From Minisyncoccota bacterium (lineage in GTDB: Bacteria; Patescibacteriota; Minisyncoccia; Phycocordibacterales; UBA9973), in contig JBAZKU010000001.1 in the NCBI GenBank assembly GCA_041650615.1, positions 91,763 to 155,762 on the forward strand: a stretch of 64,000 nucleotides of DNA, given 5' to 3'. Shown in pieces: positions 19,356 to 29,865 of the stretch; the first letter of the stretch is position 1; each line of letters starts with the position of its first letter. A program made the translations under genes and the position numbers. The notes beneath the pieces were generated by a model, which was not told where the DNA came from, did no database searches, and saw only the letters and a list, made by a program, of their open reading frames with translations.

Positions 19356-20747
19356 CTAAAATTCCTCCAAATCTCCGCTTATTTTTGACTGGGAAAACTC
19401 ACTAAGGTTGCTTTTTTCAAGATTCAAGAAAGTAGTGGTTTTCTCGTCAAAATAAAGCTCCACTTTTCCAGTTGGACCGTTACGATGTTTTTCAATCAAG
19501 ATTTCAGCGATATTTGTTTTTTCTGATTCCTCTTTTCCTTTATCTTCTCGGTGAATAAACATAACCACATCCGCATCTTGTTCTATGGAACCGGAATCGC
19601 GAAGGTCTGAAAGTCTTGGCTTGCCACCGCGAGATTCCACGGCGCGAGAAAGTTGAGAAAGAGCCAATACCGGCACATCCAGTTCCTTTGCCAGGCTTTT
19701 TAATGACCTTGAAATTTCTGTCACTTGATTAACCATGGAATCATAATTCTTGGAAGTGGTCATAAGCTGCAAATAGTCAACAACAATGAGGTCCAATCCT
19801 TTTTCCGCTTTTAATCTGCGAGAAAGAGCTTTCATTCGAACTATGGAATTGCCTGGCTGGTCATCAATATAAATTTTAGCTTTAGCTAATTTATCCAAAG
19901 AATCTCGAAGTTGGGAAAAATCTCTATCGGAAGATAAATGTCCGGTACGCAAATTCCAAGCATTCACGCGCGATTGCGCCGACAGCATTCTGTCCACCAA
20001 TTGCTGAGAAGACATTTCCAAAGAAAATATTAAAACCGACTTATCGTGAGTGATTGAAGTCACACGGGCAATATCAAGGGCAAGTGTGGTTTTTCCCATA
20101 GAAGGTCTGGCCGCAATGATAACCAAATCGGATTTTTGCAAACCGGAAAGCGTATTGTCCAAATCTCGAAAACCGGTCGGCAATCCGCGAAGCGATCCTT
20201 TATGCTCATGTAATTTTTCTAGACGTTCCCATGCTTCTGGCAGGGCATCTTTCAGATTTGTGTATTTTTGACTTTTCGGAGACGATATCACACTAAATAT
20301 TTTCTTTTCAGCCATATCCAGAATGTCGTCCATATGGTCATCACCTTCTTCAAAACCAAGTTCGGAAACATAATCTGCCGCTTCTATCAAACTTCTCAAA
20401 ACATATTTTTTTTGAACAATTTCCGCATAATGTTTTACATTTGTGGAAGAGGGAACGATATTCACCAGTTCTGTCAGATATTCATTACCCCCGATTCTTT
20501 CCAACGCTTTTTGTTCACTTAACTTGGTGGAAAGCGAAAGCATATCTATCGGTTCATTTTTCAAGGACAGATCAAGCATCGCTTTGAAAATTATTTTATT
20601 TTTTTCAACATAGAAAGAATCTGGGCCTATAATGTCTTCCACTTCATGCATGGCTTCTTTGCGGAGCATTATAGAACCAAGTACCGCTTGTTCCGAAGGA
20701 ATGCTCTGAGGCGGGATGCGTACATCGGTTTTCTTAGTTTTTACCAT
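19356..20747 (-). CDS. dnaB: replicative DNA helicase DnaB
   Basis: 463 aa; Walker A AARPSMGKTT plus the DnaB N-terminal and RecA-like domains. Confidence 0.95.
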   Translation of the reverse strand: MVKTKKTDVRIPPQSIPSEQAVLGSIMLRKEAMHEVEDIIGPDSFYVEKNKIIFKAMLDLSLKNEPIDMLSLSTKLSEQKALERIGGNEYLTELVNIVPSSTNVKHYAEIVQKKYVLRSLIEAADYVSELGFEEGDDHMDDILDMAEKKIFSVISSPKSQKYTNLKDALPEAWERLEKLHEHKGSLRGLPTGFRDLDNTLSGLQKSDLVIIAARPSMGKTTLALDIARVTSITHDKSVLIFSLEMSSQQLVDRMLSAQSRVNAWNLRTGHLSSDRDFSQLRDSLDKLAKAKIYIDDQPGNSIVRMKALSRRLKAEKGLDLIVVDYLQLMTTSKNYDSMVNQVTEISRSLKSLAKELDVPVLALSQLSRAVESRGGKPRLSDLRDSGSIEQDADVVMFIHREDKGKEESEKTNIAEILIEKHRNGPTGKVELYFDEKTTTFLNLEKSNLSEFSQSKISGDLEEF

Positions 20748-20827
20748 TAGGACATTCTAGCACTTTTAAAAAATAGTCAAAGAAAAAAAATGCATAAATA
20801 TGTTATTAAAATGGGGACAATTCTTAA

Positions 20828-20917
20828 GCACATTTTGTGAAGGATTTTCGAAACTGCGCCCTCGGAGTCATAAGGGCAGGGGACCCACACGTTTCTTAAA
20901 ATCCTTCACAAAATGTG
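20828..20917 (+). repeat. diverged copy of the GC-rich promoter-proximal element (GCGCCCTCGGAGTC..GGGCAGGGGACCCAC), nested in a 21-bp inverted repeat (GCACATTTTGTGAAGGATTTT / AAAATCCTTCACAAAATGTGC)
   Basis: Lies directly upstream of the trpS promoter (TAATAT at 20919..20924, ATG at 20932). Confidence 0.7.
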
Positions 20918-20931
20918 CTAATATATTAAGT

Positions 20932-21882
20932 ATGTCTAAAAAAGTATTATTATCAGGCGTAAAACCAACCGGGGCACCGCATATTGGCAACTATTTCGGC
21001 GCGATGAAGCAGTTTGTGGACCTACAGAAAGATTATGATGGCTATGTTTTTATAGCCGATTATCACGCCTTGAATTTTATTCAAAATAAGGAAGAGATGG
21101 AAAAAAATATCATAGGGGTTTTGCTTGATTATTTGGCTATTGGTTTGGACCCAAAAAAATTAATCATATTCAAACAGTCTGATATTTCCGAACACACGGA
21201 ACTCACTTGGATTTTTGATGCTATTACCACTATGCCATACTTGATGCGCGCGCATGCCTTTAAAGACGCGGAAGCCAAAAATAAAGAAATTTGCGTGGGA
21301 ACTTTCAATTACCCGATGCTTATGGCTGCCGACATTTTGCTTTACGGTCCGGATATAGTACCCGTAGGGGCTGATCAAAAACAGCACGTTGAAATAGCGC
21401 GAGATACCGCCGAAAAATTTAATCATATTTTTGGAGAAACTTTTAAATTGCCGGAACCGATGATTATGAAAGATGTAGCAGTGGTGCCGGGAACTGACGG
21501 AAGAAAAATGTCCAAGAGCTACAATAATCATATTCCGCTTTTTGCCGAATACGAAGAAATAAAAAAATGCGTGATGAACATAGTTACTGATTCAAGCGGA
21601 GGAATTCCAAAAAATGTTTTTGCTATTCATAATCTGCTTCGCCCTGCTTCGGAACTTTTACCGATTTACGAAAGTAAAACAGGGAAATATAAAGAATTGA
21701 AAGAAATACTGATTGAAGATTTGGAAAAATTCATTGCGCCTATGAGGGAAAGACGAAAAGAATTTGCCAAAAATATTCCGGAAGCCTTGAAAATATTAAA
21801 AGCGGGCAGTGAAAAAGCAAAAAAAATAGCCGGAGTTAAAATGGAAGAAGTGCGAAAAAAAATCGGAGTGAGTGTATATTAA
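20932..21882 (+). CDS. trpS: tryptophanyl-tRNA synthetase
   Basis: KPTGAPHIGNY (HIGH motif) and KMSKS; 316 aa measured from the internal Met. Confidence 0.9.
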   Translation: MSKKVLLSGVKPTGAPHIGNYFGAMKQFVDLQKDYDGYVFIADYHALNFIQNKEEMEKNIIGVLLDYLAIGLDPKKLIIFKQSDISEHTELTWIFDAITTMPYLMRAHAFKDAEAKNKEICVGTFNYPMLMAADILLYGPDIVPVGADQKQHVEIARDTAEKFNHIFGETFKLPEPMIMKDVAVVPGTDGRKMSKSYNNHIPLFAEYEEIKKCVMNIVTDSSGGIPKNVFAIHNLLRPASELLPIYESKTGKYKELKEILIEDLEKFIAPMRERRKEFAKNIPEALKILKAGSEKAKKIAGVKMEEVRKKIGVSVY

Positions 21883-21991
21883 AATTATGTATTTTTAGTT
21901 CTTTCAAAAAGGAGGTGATTCCTATGGGATGGGATATAGATTGGTGGTTCTAAGGGCTGGCAGTAAAGCGACTTTGCCCATCGCGCAAAAT

Positions 21992-22043
21992 GGCGAATAT
22001 TCTCGAAAGAGAATATTCGCCATTTCTTTTTCTGCTTTTTTTA
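21992..22043 (+). terminator. strong rho-independent terminator (13-bp stem GGCGAATATTCTC, GAAA loop, T-rich tail)
   Basis: Read directly. Lies ~110 nt after the trpS stop. Confidence 0.75.
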
Positions 22044-22076
22044 TTTATTTATTCATGATAAAATACTTAGATACTT

Positions 22077-22144
22077 ATCCCGTTAGAAAATCAACGGGCT
22101 TGTATGAAAGATGAATTTTATTAGTTTAATTTTCTAATGGGATG
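22077..22144 (+). repeat. type I palindromic element (ATCCCGTTAGAA ... TTCTAATGGGATG) in the aspS leader
   Basis: The right arm ends in the aspS ATG at 22142. Confidence 0.75.
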
Positions 22145-23554
22145 CAAAATAGGGTTTATATAAAAGATTTAAAAGATAATATAGGTAAAGAAATAATTAT
22201 CGCCGGCTGGGTGAATATCAGACGCGACCAGGGGAAAATGGTTTTTTTTGATATGCGAGATATGACGGGCTTGGTGCAATGCGTAGTCTTGCCGAGTCAC
22301 GCCGAGGCCATAGAAAAAGCCAAAGAAATTCGCCCTGAATGGGTTTTAAAAATTACCGGTATGGTCAATAAGCGCCCGGACAAAAATGTAAAAGCTGGTG
22401 TCTTAAATGGTGAAGTAGAACTGGAAGTTACGGATATTGAGGTATTAAGCAAAGCAGAAACCCCAGCCATTGATGTATCAACTGATGGATATGAAATAGG
22501 GGAAGAACATAGGCTAGAACACAGATATCTTGATTTACGTAGAGGTCGCATGCAGAAAAATATTCGCAACAGACATAAAGTTGTAAAATTTATTCGTGAT
22601 TACTTGGATAAAGAAAATTTTATTGAGATAGAAACCCCTATACTTTCCAAATCGACAGCTGAAGGGGCTCGGGATTTTATTGTGCCTTCAAGATTGGACC
22701 AAGGAAAATTTTATGCATTACCTCAAGCTCCCCAGCAATATAAACAACTTTTAATGGCATCTGGTATAGAAAAATATTTCCAAATGGCAAAATGTATGCG
22801 TGATGAAGACTTACGAGGGGATCGTCAGCCGGAATTTACTCAACTTGATCTTGAAATGAGTTTTGTAGATCGCGAAGAAGTAATGTCTCTTAATGAAGAT
22901 TTATTGATAAAAATCGTAAAGAAACTGTATCCAGAAAAAGAAATACAAGAAATTCCTTTTCCCAGAATTGCCTACAAGGATGCAATGAAGAAATACGGGA
23001 GTGATAGGCCAGATTTAAGAAAAGATAAGAATAATAAAAATATTCTGGCTTTCTGTTGGGTTGTTGATTTTCCATTTTTCGAAAAAGCAAACAAAGATAA
23101 TAATCCACAGGCAGAAGGTGAATGGACTTTTACGCACAATCCTTTTTCAGCCACACAGCCGCAATTTCACGATGATTTATTAAATAAAAGAAATATTCCA
23201 AATATCCTTACAAATCAATATGATATTATTTTAAACGGTTTTGAAATTGGCGGTGGTTCAATCAGGAACCATGAACCTGAAGCGCTTCTTGCTGTTTATG
23301 AGATAATGGGTGTAAAAAAGGAACAAGTAGAAAAAAATCTATTCTATATGTTAGAAGCTTTTCGTTCCGGTACCCCTCCACATGGAGGTATCGCTTGGGG
23401 TTTTGATCGATTAATGATGGTACTTGAGAATGAATCGAATATCAGAGAAGTAATAGCATTTCCAAAAAATGGTGAAGGGAAAGACTTAATGATGAATTCT
23501 CCTTCAGAAATACCTGAAAAGCAATTGAAAGAATTGGGGATAAAATTAAAGTAA
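22142..23554 (+). CDS. aspS: aspartyl-tRNA synthetase (short, archaeal/non-discriminating-like length)
   Basis: 470 aa with class II motifs (FRDE-like CMRDEDLR, GGGSIRNH). Confidence 0.9.
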   Translation: MQNRVYIKDLKDNIGKEIIIAGWVNIRRDQGKMVFFDMRDMTGLVQCVVLPSHAEAIEKAKEIRPEWVLKITGMVNKRPDKNVKAGVLNGEVELEVTDIEVLSKAETPAIDVSTDGYEIGEEHRLEHRYLDLRRGRMQKNIRNRHKVVKFIRDYLDKENFIEIETPILSKSTAEGARDFIVPSRLDQGKFYALPQAPQQYKQLLMASGIEKYFQMAKCMRDEDLRGDRQPEFTQLDLEMSFVDREEVMSLNEDLLIKIVKKLYPEKEIQEIPFPRIAYKDAMKKYGSDRPDLRKDKNNKNILAFCWVVDFPFFEKANKDNNPQAEGEWTFTHNPFSATQPQFHDDLLNKRNIPNILTNQYDIILNGFEIGGGSIRNHEPEALLAVYEIMGVKKEQVEKNLFYMLEAFRSGTPPHGGIAWGFDRLMMVLENESNIREVIAFPKNGEGKDLMMNSPSEIPEKQLKELGIKLK

Positions 23555-26104
23555 AAAATCCTTTATATTTTTTCTATCTCTTTTGAGCCATTCAATATTG
23601 TTTTCCAATTGTTCTATTACTTGCTCCATAGAGCGTTCGGCGCCGGTGGCGCCACGGTGAGCAGCCGCAAATTTTTTAAAAAGCGATAAATGCCTTTTTT
23701 CAGCGCTTCTATCTATTATTTTAATGAGTCCCGCCAATGTATGGTTGCCATCTCCATAATGCGCTACTAATGTCTTCCAATTTTTTTTAACAAAATTTAA
23801 CCAAATATCGCGACCTGCCGGATTTATTCCAACTGACGAGATTATACTTATTACATCCTGTGCTCGAACATCTTTAGATAGCGCGAATTGACATGCTTTT
23901 GATAAAATTTTAGGTTCGGAGAAATATCCCAAGGCGCGACCAATACGCTCTTTTTCTTCGTGAAATTTTTCTTTTTTATACAGTTTTATGAAGGTTTGGT
24001 ATTCTTTCATACCTCCCCAAGTTGCTATTATTGCATAAATAGCGCCGCGAATGTCCGGATTGATATAACCACCTTTTTTCATTATGTTAAATTTCTTTTT
24101 TGCTTTAATTATGATTTTCTTATCCCCCAATCTTCCCAGTTTAGAAATTATAAGCGGTCTAAGAAGCGTATCGTTATATGATTCGGATTTTTTTTCTTCC
24201 CAGTCAAGGCGTTTAAAAGCAGGGGAGAATAGGTCAAATATTAGAAAATCCAGTTTTTCTTTCAATTCTGTTTTAGCCACAAGCTGTTCAAGTCGCGCCA
24301 GTCCGCCAGTAAGTTCAAACCACACAGTATAATTATTTTCATTTTTATATGCTTTTAAAAATTCCAAAGCATAACTGGTTGGAATATCACCCGATTCAGC
24401 CAAAGCGAAGAGGTCTCGGATAATGCCAAGTCTGTCGCAAGGAGAAAGAATTTTATTTTGAACCGGCTTAATTAAATTTTTCAGAAGTGTTTTTTCATAA
24501 GCTATTCTGAAAAATCCGTTTTCGCCTATGTTTATTTTTATCCACGGAAGAGAATTTGGAACGGATATTTTTTTATCCGAAAGAAAAACCATTTTTTTGT
24601 TTTTATCATTTCCGACAAAGACGGGGGTTTGCCAAACGGTTTTATCTTTTGCTTTAATTTTTGATTTAGCACTCATAAAAAATCTGTTTTGAGATAAAGC
24701 AAGCTTATCATTCACAATATCCGTTTTAATAACTGGATAGCCGGATTTAGAAGTCCAGTTATGCATAACACCGGCTACTGGTTTTTTGGAAACCTTTTCA
24801 AAGGCTTTCCATAAGTGAATCGTTTCCGTATTTTTATAACTATGTTTTTTCAAATAATATCTGAGTCCGTTTTTGAAATTTTTCTCGCCCAGATAACTTG
24901 CCAACATTTTTATAATTGCCGGTCCTTTGGAATATGAAATTCTGTCAAATATTTCTCCAATTTCGCTTGGATGACGCACTGTTATTTGAATAGGGTGAGT
25001 AGATAAAAGTGAATCTAATCTCAAAGCCATATTGGATGAAACACTTGTGCTATTGGCGGAAAATTGCGTCCAGATATCCCATTTTGGGAAAAGCTTATCC
25101 ACGGCCAAATATTCTATATATGAAGCGAAACCCTCGTTTAGCCATAAATGGGTCCACCATTCCATGGTAACCAAATTACCGAACCATTGATGGGCAAGCT
25201 CGTGTGCCACAACAAGGGCCACCCATTGCTTTTGGGATAAAGAGGAGTGATTTTCATCAATTAGAAGCGAAGTTTCGCGATAAGTAATTGCTCCCCAGTT
25301 TTCCATGGCGGCTGAAGCAAAATCCGGAATAGCTATCATGTCCAATGTTGGCAATGGGTAGGGAATGGCGAAATATTTCTCAAAAAATTCCAAAGTTTTT
25401 ACGGCGCAATCAAGAGCAAATTTTGCCTGATGTTTTTTGCCGGGAGTGGTAAAGACACGCACTAATTTACCGTTTTTGGTTTTTGATTCTAAATATTCAA
25501 AATCCCCAATAATGAATGCCAAGAGATAAGTGGACATTTTGGGAGTAGGGGAGAATTTTATAATTTCAAATCCGGCACTATGTTCGGCAACAGAGACAGG
25601 TAATGTGTTTGAAATCGCCGTTTTACCTTTCGGCACAATAAGTGATACATGAAAAACGGCTTTATGCGCCGGTTCATCAAAACAAGGGAAAGCTCGACGC
25701 GCATCGGTGGATTCAAACTGAGTGGTGGCCATATGATGTTCTTTACCTTCAAAATAATATTTGCTTCGGTAAAATCCCCGCATTTTTTCATTTAATATGC
25801 CTGCAAAAACAATAGTAAGTTTTATGTCTTTTTTAATGGGAATATATCTGGGGAATAAAAATATAGCTGTTTCGTTTTTATCATCGTAGGATATTTTTTT
25901 GGCAAATATTTTTTCTTTATCAATTACAATACTGGCGGTTTCTATTTCAAGTTCCTTAGAGTGAAGAATAATGGATTTTGTTTTCTTTAAAATAGAAAGG
26001 GTTATCGTCTCCATACCCTCAAAAGTAAAATTCTCCAAATCTGGTTGGAGTTGTATTTCGTATTTTGTTGGAATTACTTTTTTTGAAAGCCGAATATTTT
26101 GCAT
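23546..26104 (-). CDS. pepN: M1 family aminopeptidase N
   Basis: AAMENWG plus HELAHQWFGNLVTMEWW...NEGFASY; 852 aa. Confidence 0.9.
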   Translation of the reverse strand: MQNIRLSKKVIPTKYEIQLQPDLENFTFEGMETITLSILKKTKSIILHSKELEIETASIVIDKEKIFAKKISYDDKNETAIFLFPRYIPIKKDIKLTIVFAGILNEKMRGFYRSKYYFEGKEHHMATTQFESTDARRAFPCFDEPAHKAVFHVSLIVPKGKTAISNTLPVSVAEHSAGFEIIKFSPTPKMSTYLLAFIIGDFEYLESKTKNGKLVRVFTTPGKKHQAKFALDCAVKTLEFFEKYFAIPYPLPTLDMIAIPDFASAAMENWGAITYRETSLLIDENHSSLSQKQWVALVVAHELAHQWFGNLVTMEWWTHLWLNEGFASYIEYLAVDKLFPKWDIWTQFSANSTSVSSNMALRLDSLLSTHPIQITVRHPSEIGEIFDRISYSKGPAIIKMLASYLGEKNFKNGLRYYLKKHSYKNTETIHLWKAFEKVSKKPVAGVMHNWTSKSGYPVIKTDIVNDKLALSQNRFFMSAKSKIKAKDKTVWQTPVFVGNDKNKKMVFLSDKKISVPNSLPWIKINIGENGFFRIAYEKTLLKNLIKPVQNKILSPCDRLGIIRDLFALAESGDIPTSYALEFLKAYKNENNYTVWFELTGGLARLEQLVAKTELKEKLDFLIFDLFSPAFKRLDWEEKKSESYNDTLLRPLIISKLGRLGDKKIIIKAKKKFNIMKKGGYINPDIRGAIYAIIATWGGMKEYQTFIKLYKKEKFHEEKERIGRALGYFSEPKILSKACQFALSKDVRAQDVISIISSVGINPAGRDIWLNFVKKNWKTLVAHYGDGNHTLAGLIKIIDRSAEKRHLSLFKKFAAAHRGATGAERSMEQVIEQLENNIEWLKRDRKNIKDFLL

Positions 26105-26158
26105 ATATTTCCAGTATATCTTTTTTTTGTGAAAATGCTAATATATAAGAATAAATCT

Positions 26159-26971
26159 ATGCTAAAACCTTATTACGAAAAACCGAAATTTAAACTTTAT
26201 CATGCAAATTGCTTAGATATTCTTTCAAAAATTCCAGAGAATTCAGTTGATATGGTTTTTGCAGATCCACCTTACCTGCTTTCAAATGGTGGCTTTTCTG
26301 TTCATGCTGGGAAACGAGTAAGTGTTAATAAGGGGGAATGGGATAAAAGTAATGGTTTAAAAAAAGACTTTGAATTTCATCTTGAATGGATAAAAGCTGT
26401 TAAACGTGTGTTAAAACCAAGTGGGACAATTTGGATTAGTGGAACCTATCATTCAATTTATCAATGTGGTTTTGCACTTCAGGTCGCTGGATTTCATGTT
26501 CTTAATGATATCGCATGGTTTAAGCCAAATGCATCACCTAATTTAAGTTGTCGTTTTTTTACTGCTAGTCACGAGACCCTTGTTTGGGCACGAAAAGATA
26601 AAAAAGCAAAACATATTTTTAATTATAATTTAATGAAAAATGGTACTTGGCCGGAGGATGCACTAAAAAAACCAGGACTCCAAATGCGTTCTGTTTGGTC
26701 TTTAGGAACTCCTAAGCCAGTTGAAAAAAAATTTGGGAAACATCCTACACAAAAACCAGGAGATTTATTGAAGAGGATTATATTAGCAAGTACCAATAAA
26801 GGTGATTTAATAGTTGATCCATTTACAGGGAGTTCAACAACTGGAATCGTGGCACATTTCTATGGAAGAAATTTTATAGGAATTGATACTGAAAAAAAAT
26901 ATTTAGATTTATCAATAAAAAGGTTTAGGGAATTAGAGAAAAATTTAAAAAGTAAAAAGAAAAAAATATGA
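26159..26971 (+). CDS. beta-class DNA methyltransferase (N6-adenine or N4-cytosine)
   Basis: FADPPY (motif IV) lies N-terminal to DPFTGSSTTG (motif I). Start chosen at the internal Met to avoid overlapping pepN. Confidence 0.85.
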   Translation: MLKPYYEKPKFKLYHANCLDILSKIPENSVDMVFADPPYLLSNGGFSVHAGKRVSVNKGEWDKSNGLKKDFEFHLEWIKAVKRVLKPSGTIWISGTYHSIYQCGFALQVAGFHVLNDIAWFKPNASPNLSCRFFTASHETLVWARKDKKAKHIFNYNLMKNGTWPEDALKKPGLQMRSVWSLGTPKPVEKKFGKHPTQKPGDLLKRIILASTNKGDLIVDPFTGSSTTGIVAHFYGRNFIGIDTEKKYLDLSIKRFRELEKNLKSKKKKI

Positions 26972-27588
26972 AGATCATCACACGTACAGTAGCAATAAAA
27001 AATCTTAAAAAACACATTGGTAAAGATTTAAGAAAATTAGCTTTAGAACATAAAATTACAACTTATGAAACTGGTAAGCAAAATAAGGGATGGAAAGGGC
27101 TCGTTTTAGAAAGATTAGCTGGACTTGAAACAAATGTTTCAAAAGCGCCCAATGGTCTTTCCTGGGAGCTTAAATCGGTTGCTTTTCATTACGTTAAAAA
27201 TAAATTAGTACCAAAAGAAACTATGGCGATAACAATGATAAATCCAGAAGAACTAAAAGCTCACTCATTTTTTGAAAGTCATTGTTGGGCAAAATTAAAA
27301 GCTATTGTTTTTTGTGCTGTGCAATGGAATGGAGAAAATTCAAAAAGTGGTGAACTTTTAAAAGTTGCGAGTTTAGATTTTTCAGAAGATGATAAATTAA
27401 TAAAGGAAATAAAAGCTGATTATGATTTTATTCGTAATAAATTAATGACAAAGGGTTTCAAGTCCTTAACAGGGAAAGATGGTAAATGGATACAAGCACG
27501 AACAAAAGGTCCAGGACATGGTTCAACAAGTCGTGCTTTTTATGCACGAACAGCGTTAGTTAAGAAAATTTTTGAAATAGCTTCATAA
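26968..27588 (+). CDS. putative restriction endonuclease, MutH/Sau3AI-like
   Basis: NKGWKGLVLERLAG...SWELKSV resembles the MutH segment DKGWVGQLLE...GVELKT. Overlaps the MTase by 4 nt. Confidence 0.45.
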   Translation: MKIITRTVAIKNLKKHIGKDLRKLALEHKITTYETGKQNKGWKGLVLERLAGLETNVSKAPNGLSWELKSVAFHYVKNKLVPKETMAITMINPEELKAHSFFESHCWAKLKAIVFCAVQWNGENSKSGELLKVASLDFSEDDKLIKEIKADYDFIRNKLMTKGFKSLTGKDGKWIQARTKGPGHGSTSRAFYARTALVKKIFEIAS

Positions 27589-27615
27589 ATTATTAAAATA
27601 TGTTATAATAGATAT

Positions 27616-28632
27616 ATGTCAAAAACTGATTTAATTAAAAAAATTGAAGAAAAAAGAGGGTCAAAAGTTATTACTTATATTACAAGCGATAAACCAGGTC
27701 CAGTAAATGCTCGTGTAGCTATGGATATTATTCCGATTATCAGTGAACAACTTCGTAAAATAGGGAAAGTAAGTAAAATAGATCTCTTTCTTTATACAGC
27801 AGGTGGAGACACGATGGTTCCCTGGCGTTTAGTTTCTATGATTCGTGAATACTGTGATATTTTTTCCGTGCTTGTTCCTTATAAAGCTCATAGCGCAGGA
27901 ACGATGATAGCTTTAGGCGCTGACGAAATTGTAATGTCCGACCTTTCAGAAATTTCCCCAATTGATCCATCTACAGCAAATGTTTTCAATCCCAATGACC
28001 CAAATAATCCTCAAGCGAAAATTCCAATTTCTGTGGAAGACGTAATTGCATATTTTGATTTAGCTAAAAATAAATTTGGTATAAAAACTGATGAAGATTT
28101 AACAAAAATATTTAATAAATTTACAGAATCAAATCCACAGATCCATCCTCTGGCTCTAGGGAATGTTAACAGAACCCATAATTTAATTCGCTTACTTGCA
28201 AAGCGACTATTAAAAAGCCATGTAGATCCCATAAAAGAAGATCAGATTGAAAAAATAGTTGAATTCTTTACTGAAAAACTTTATTCACATCAATATTTTA
28301 TTGGGAGAAAGGAAGCCAAAGAAGAATTAGGGGTTAAATCGGTTGTTGATGCTGACTCTGAACTTTCGAAGTTAATGTCTGATTTATATACAGAATATGT
28401 GAAAGAAATGGAATTAGGAAGTCCTGTTTGGAATCTTGAAAATGAATTAGGTTTTAATAATAGTCAAAACAAGAAAGAATATAAAATTGCTTTCGTTGAA
28501 AGTAGTTTATTGTCAAAGTTTTATAAAATTACTATGGAATTTCGTCGACAACAGGTAATGATTAATCAAAATGGTATCCAAGTTCCACAAGAGCAAATAG
28601 CCCAACGAGTAGTGGAACAGGGGTGGAAATAA
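27616..28632 (+). CDS. ClpP/crotonase-fold serine protease (SDH-family-like)
   Basis: VPYKAHSAGTMIALGADEIVM...ISPIDPS; 338 aa. TATAAT lies 6 nt upstream of the ATG. Confidence 0.5.
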   Translation: MSKTDLIKKIEEKRGSKVITYITSDKPGPVNARVAMDIIPIISEQLRKIGKVSKIDLFLYTAGGDTMVPWRLVSMIREYCDIFSVLVPYKAHSAGTMIALGADEIVMSDLSEISPIDPSTANVFNPNDPNNPQAKIPISVEDVIAYFDLAKNKFGIKTDEDLTKIFNKFTESNPQIHPLALGNVNRTHNLIRLLAKRLLKSHVDPIKEDQIEKIVEFFTEKLYSHQYFIGRKEAKEELGVKSVVDADSELSKLMSDLYTEYVKEMELGSPVWNLENELGFNNSQNKKEYKIAFVESSLLSKFYKITMEFRRQQVMINQNGIQVPQEQIAQRVVEQGWK

Positions 28633-29261
28633 AGTTTATGCCGCAAACGAAATTTGATTTAAGAAAATATAATTTATTGGCTCTCATAATATTAGTATTT
28701 TTTGTTGGGTTTTTTGCCCATGAAGATCAAGGATTTATAGCCCTATCAAATTTTGTTAAGGATAATTTAGCAGTAATAGCCATTATTATTTCACCGATAA
28801 TAGCTTGGGGGGTTGCAGAAATAGTAAGAAAAAAAAGTGAAAGTAATAAGCAAAAGTATGAAGTTTTAAAAACCCTTATGTCTTATAGACATATTAAGGG
28901 TTCGCATGAATTTTTAAGTGCTTTAAATAGAATAAATCTTGTGTTTGATAGAGATTCTGAAATAAAAGATCTTGTAAAAAATCTTTGGAGATCTTATATT
29001 GATAAAGAAGAAAGAAAAGTAACTAATCAAAAAGAAATAGAATTAATTTATAAAATTTCCAAAAAAATGGGTTTTGATATTTCAGAATTTGAAATAGATA
29101 ATTTTTTTATCTCTGGAACTCAAATAATTCAACCTATTTCACAGAATCAAAATTCGAACAGTACAACTTCACAAAATCAAAGTAATTTATTTTCTCAAGA
29201 TATAAAAACTGATTCAATTACGGCAAATTCTTTTACATATAATCATGTTAGTTATGTGTAA
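28623..29261 (+). CDS. hypothetical membrane protein with an Asn/Gln/Ser-rich C-terminus
   Basis: Two predicted TM helices. Overlaps the protease gene by 10 nt. Confidence 0.6.
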   Translation: MEIKFMPQTKFDLRKYNLLALIILVFFVGFFAHEDQGFIALSNFVKDNLAVIAIIISPIIAWGVAEIVRKKSESNKQKYEVLKTLMSYRHIKGSHEFLSALNRINLVFDRDSEIKDLVKNLWRSYIDKEERKVTNQKEIELIYKISKKMGFDISEFEIDNFFISGTQIIQPISQNQNSNSTTSQNQSNLFSQDIKTDSITANSFTYNHVSYV

Positions 29262-29384
29262 TTTATTAATGCCCCCTTTCACCAAAAAGTTTATGAGGTT
29301 GTTAGAAAAATTCTCAAGAAAGCTAGTTTTGCATATTAACTGTGGTATAATATTATTATTAGCCATAATTAGATTATAAAATAT

Positions 29385-29798
29385 ATGTCAATTTTTTTTG
29401 AATGGGAAGAGAATATGTCTGTCGGTGAAGAGACCATAGATTCTCAACATAAAAAATTATTAGCGCAAGTAAATAAGATTATCAATGCTTTAGCTTTTGG
29501 AGTGCATTCAAAAGAGCTGGAAGAAGTGATTAAATTTTTTGACGAATATATAAAAGAGCATTTTGCTTATGAGGAAGGATATATGTCAAAAATTGGCTAT
29601 CCTAAAATAGAAGAACATAAAAAACTGCATCATAATTTTTTTGAAAACTATATTAAATTTAAAAAAGAATTTGAGCAAAATCTTAATAAAGATATTTTAG
29701 CGGCCGATATTGAAAGATATATTGGGGATTGGTGGTTGGAACATATAGGAAAAGAGGATAAAAAATATCGATTATTTGTAGAAAGTAAAAAATCATAG
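29385..29798 (+). CDS. hemerythrin-like metal-binding protein
   Basis: His/Glu ligand pattern H..KK...EHF.YEE...HKKLHH...WWLEH. Confidence 0.7.
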   Translation: MSIFFEWEENMSVGEETIDSQHKKLLAQVNKIINALAFGVHSKELEEVIKFFDEYIKEHFAYEEGYMSKIGYPKIEEHKKLHHNFFENYIKFKKEFEQNLNKDILAADIERYIGDWWLEHIGKEDKKYRLFVESKKS

Positions 29799-29865
29799 AA
29801 AAGATTTTGTGGGTTAATTATGCTATAATAGAAACATATTATTAATTAATAGAAGTAAAAATAAC

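Noticed and set aside
21883-21990. Possible tRNA or sRNA in the trpS 3' region
   Set aside because: No acceptor/T-arm pattern (no GTTCGAAT-like T-loop with a matching stem). It is probably just 3' UTR before the terminator.
21929-22114. 61-aa ORF between trpS and aspS
   Set aside because: It spans a strong intrinsic terminator and the left arm of a type I element. More likely non-coding.
26968-27588. Using GATC depletion to support a GATC-specific R-M system
   Set aside because: GATC is plainly present in the window (e.g. positions 14-17, 2651, 3427). Without counts against expectation and methylation data no conclusion is possible.
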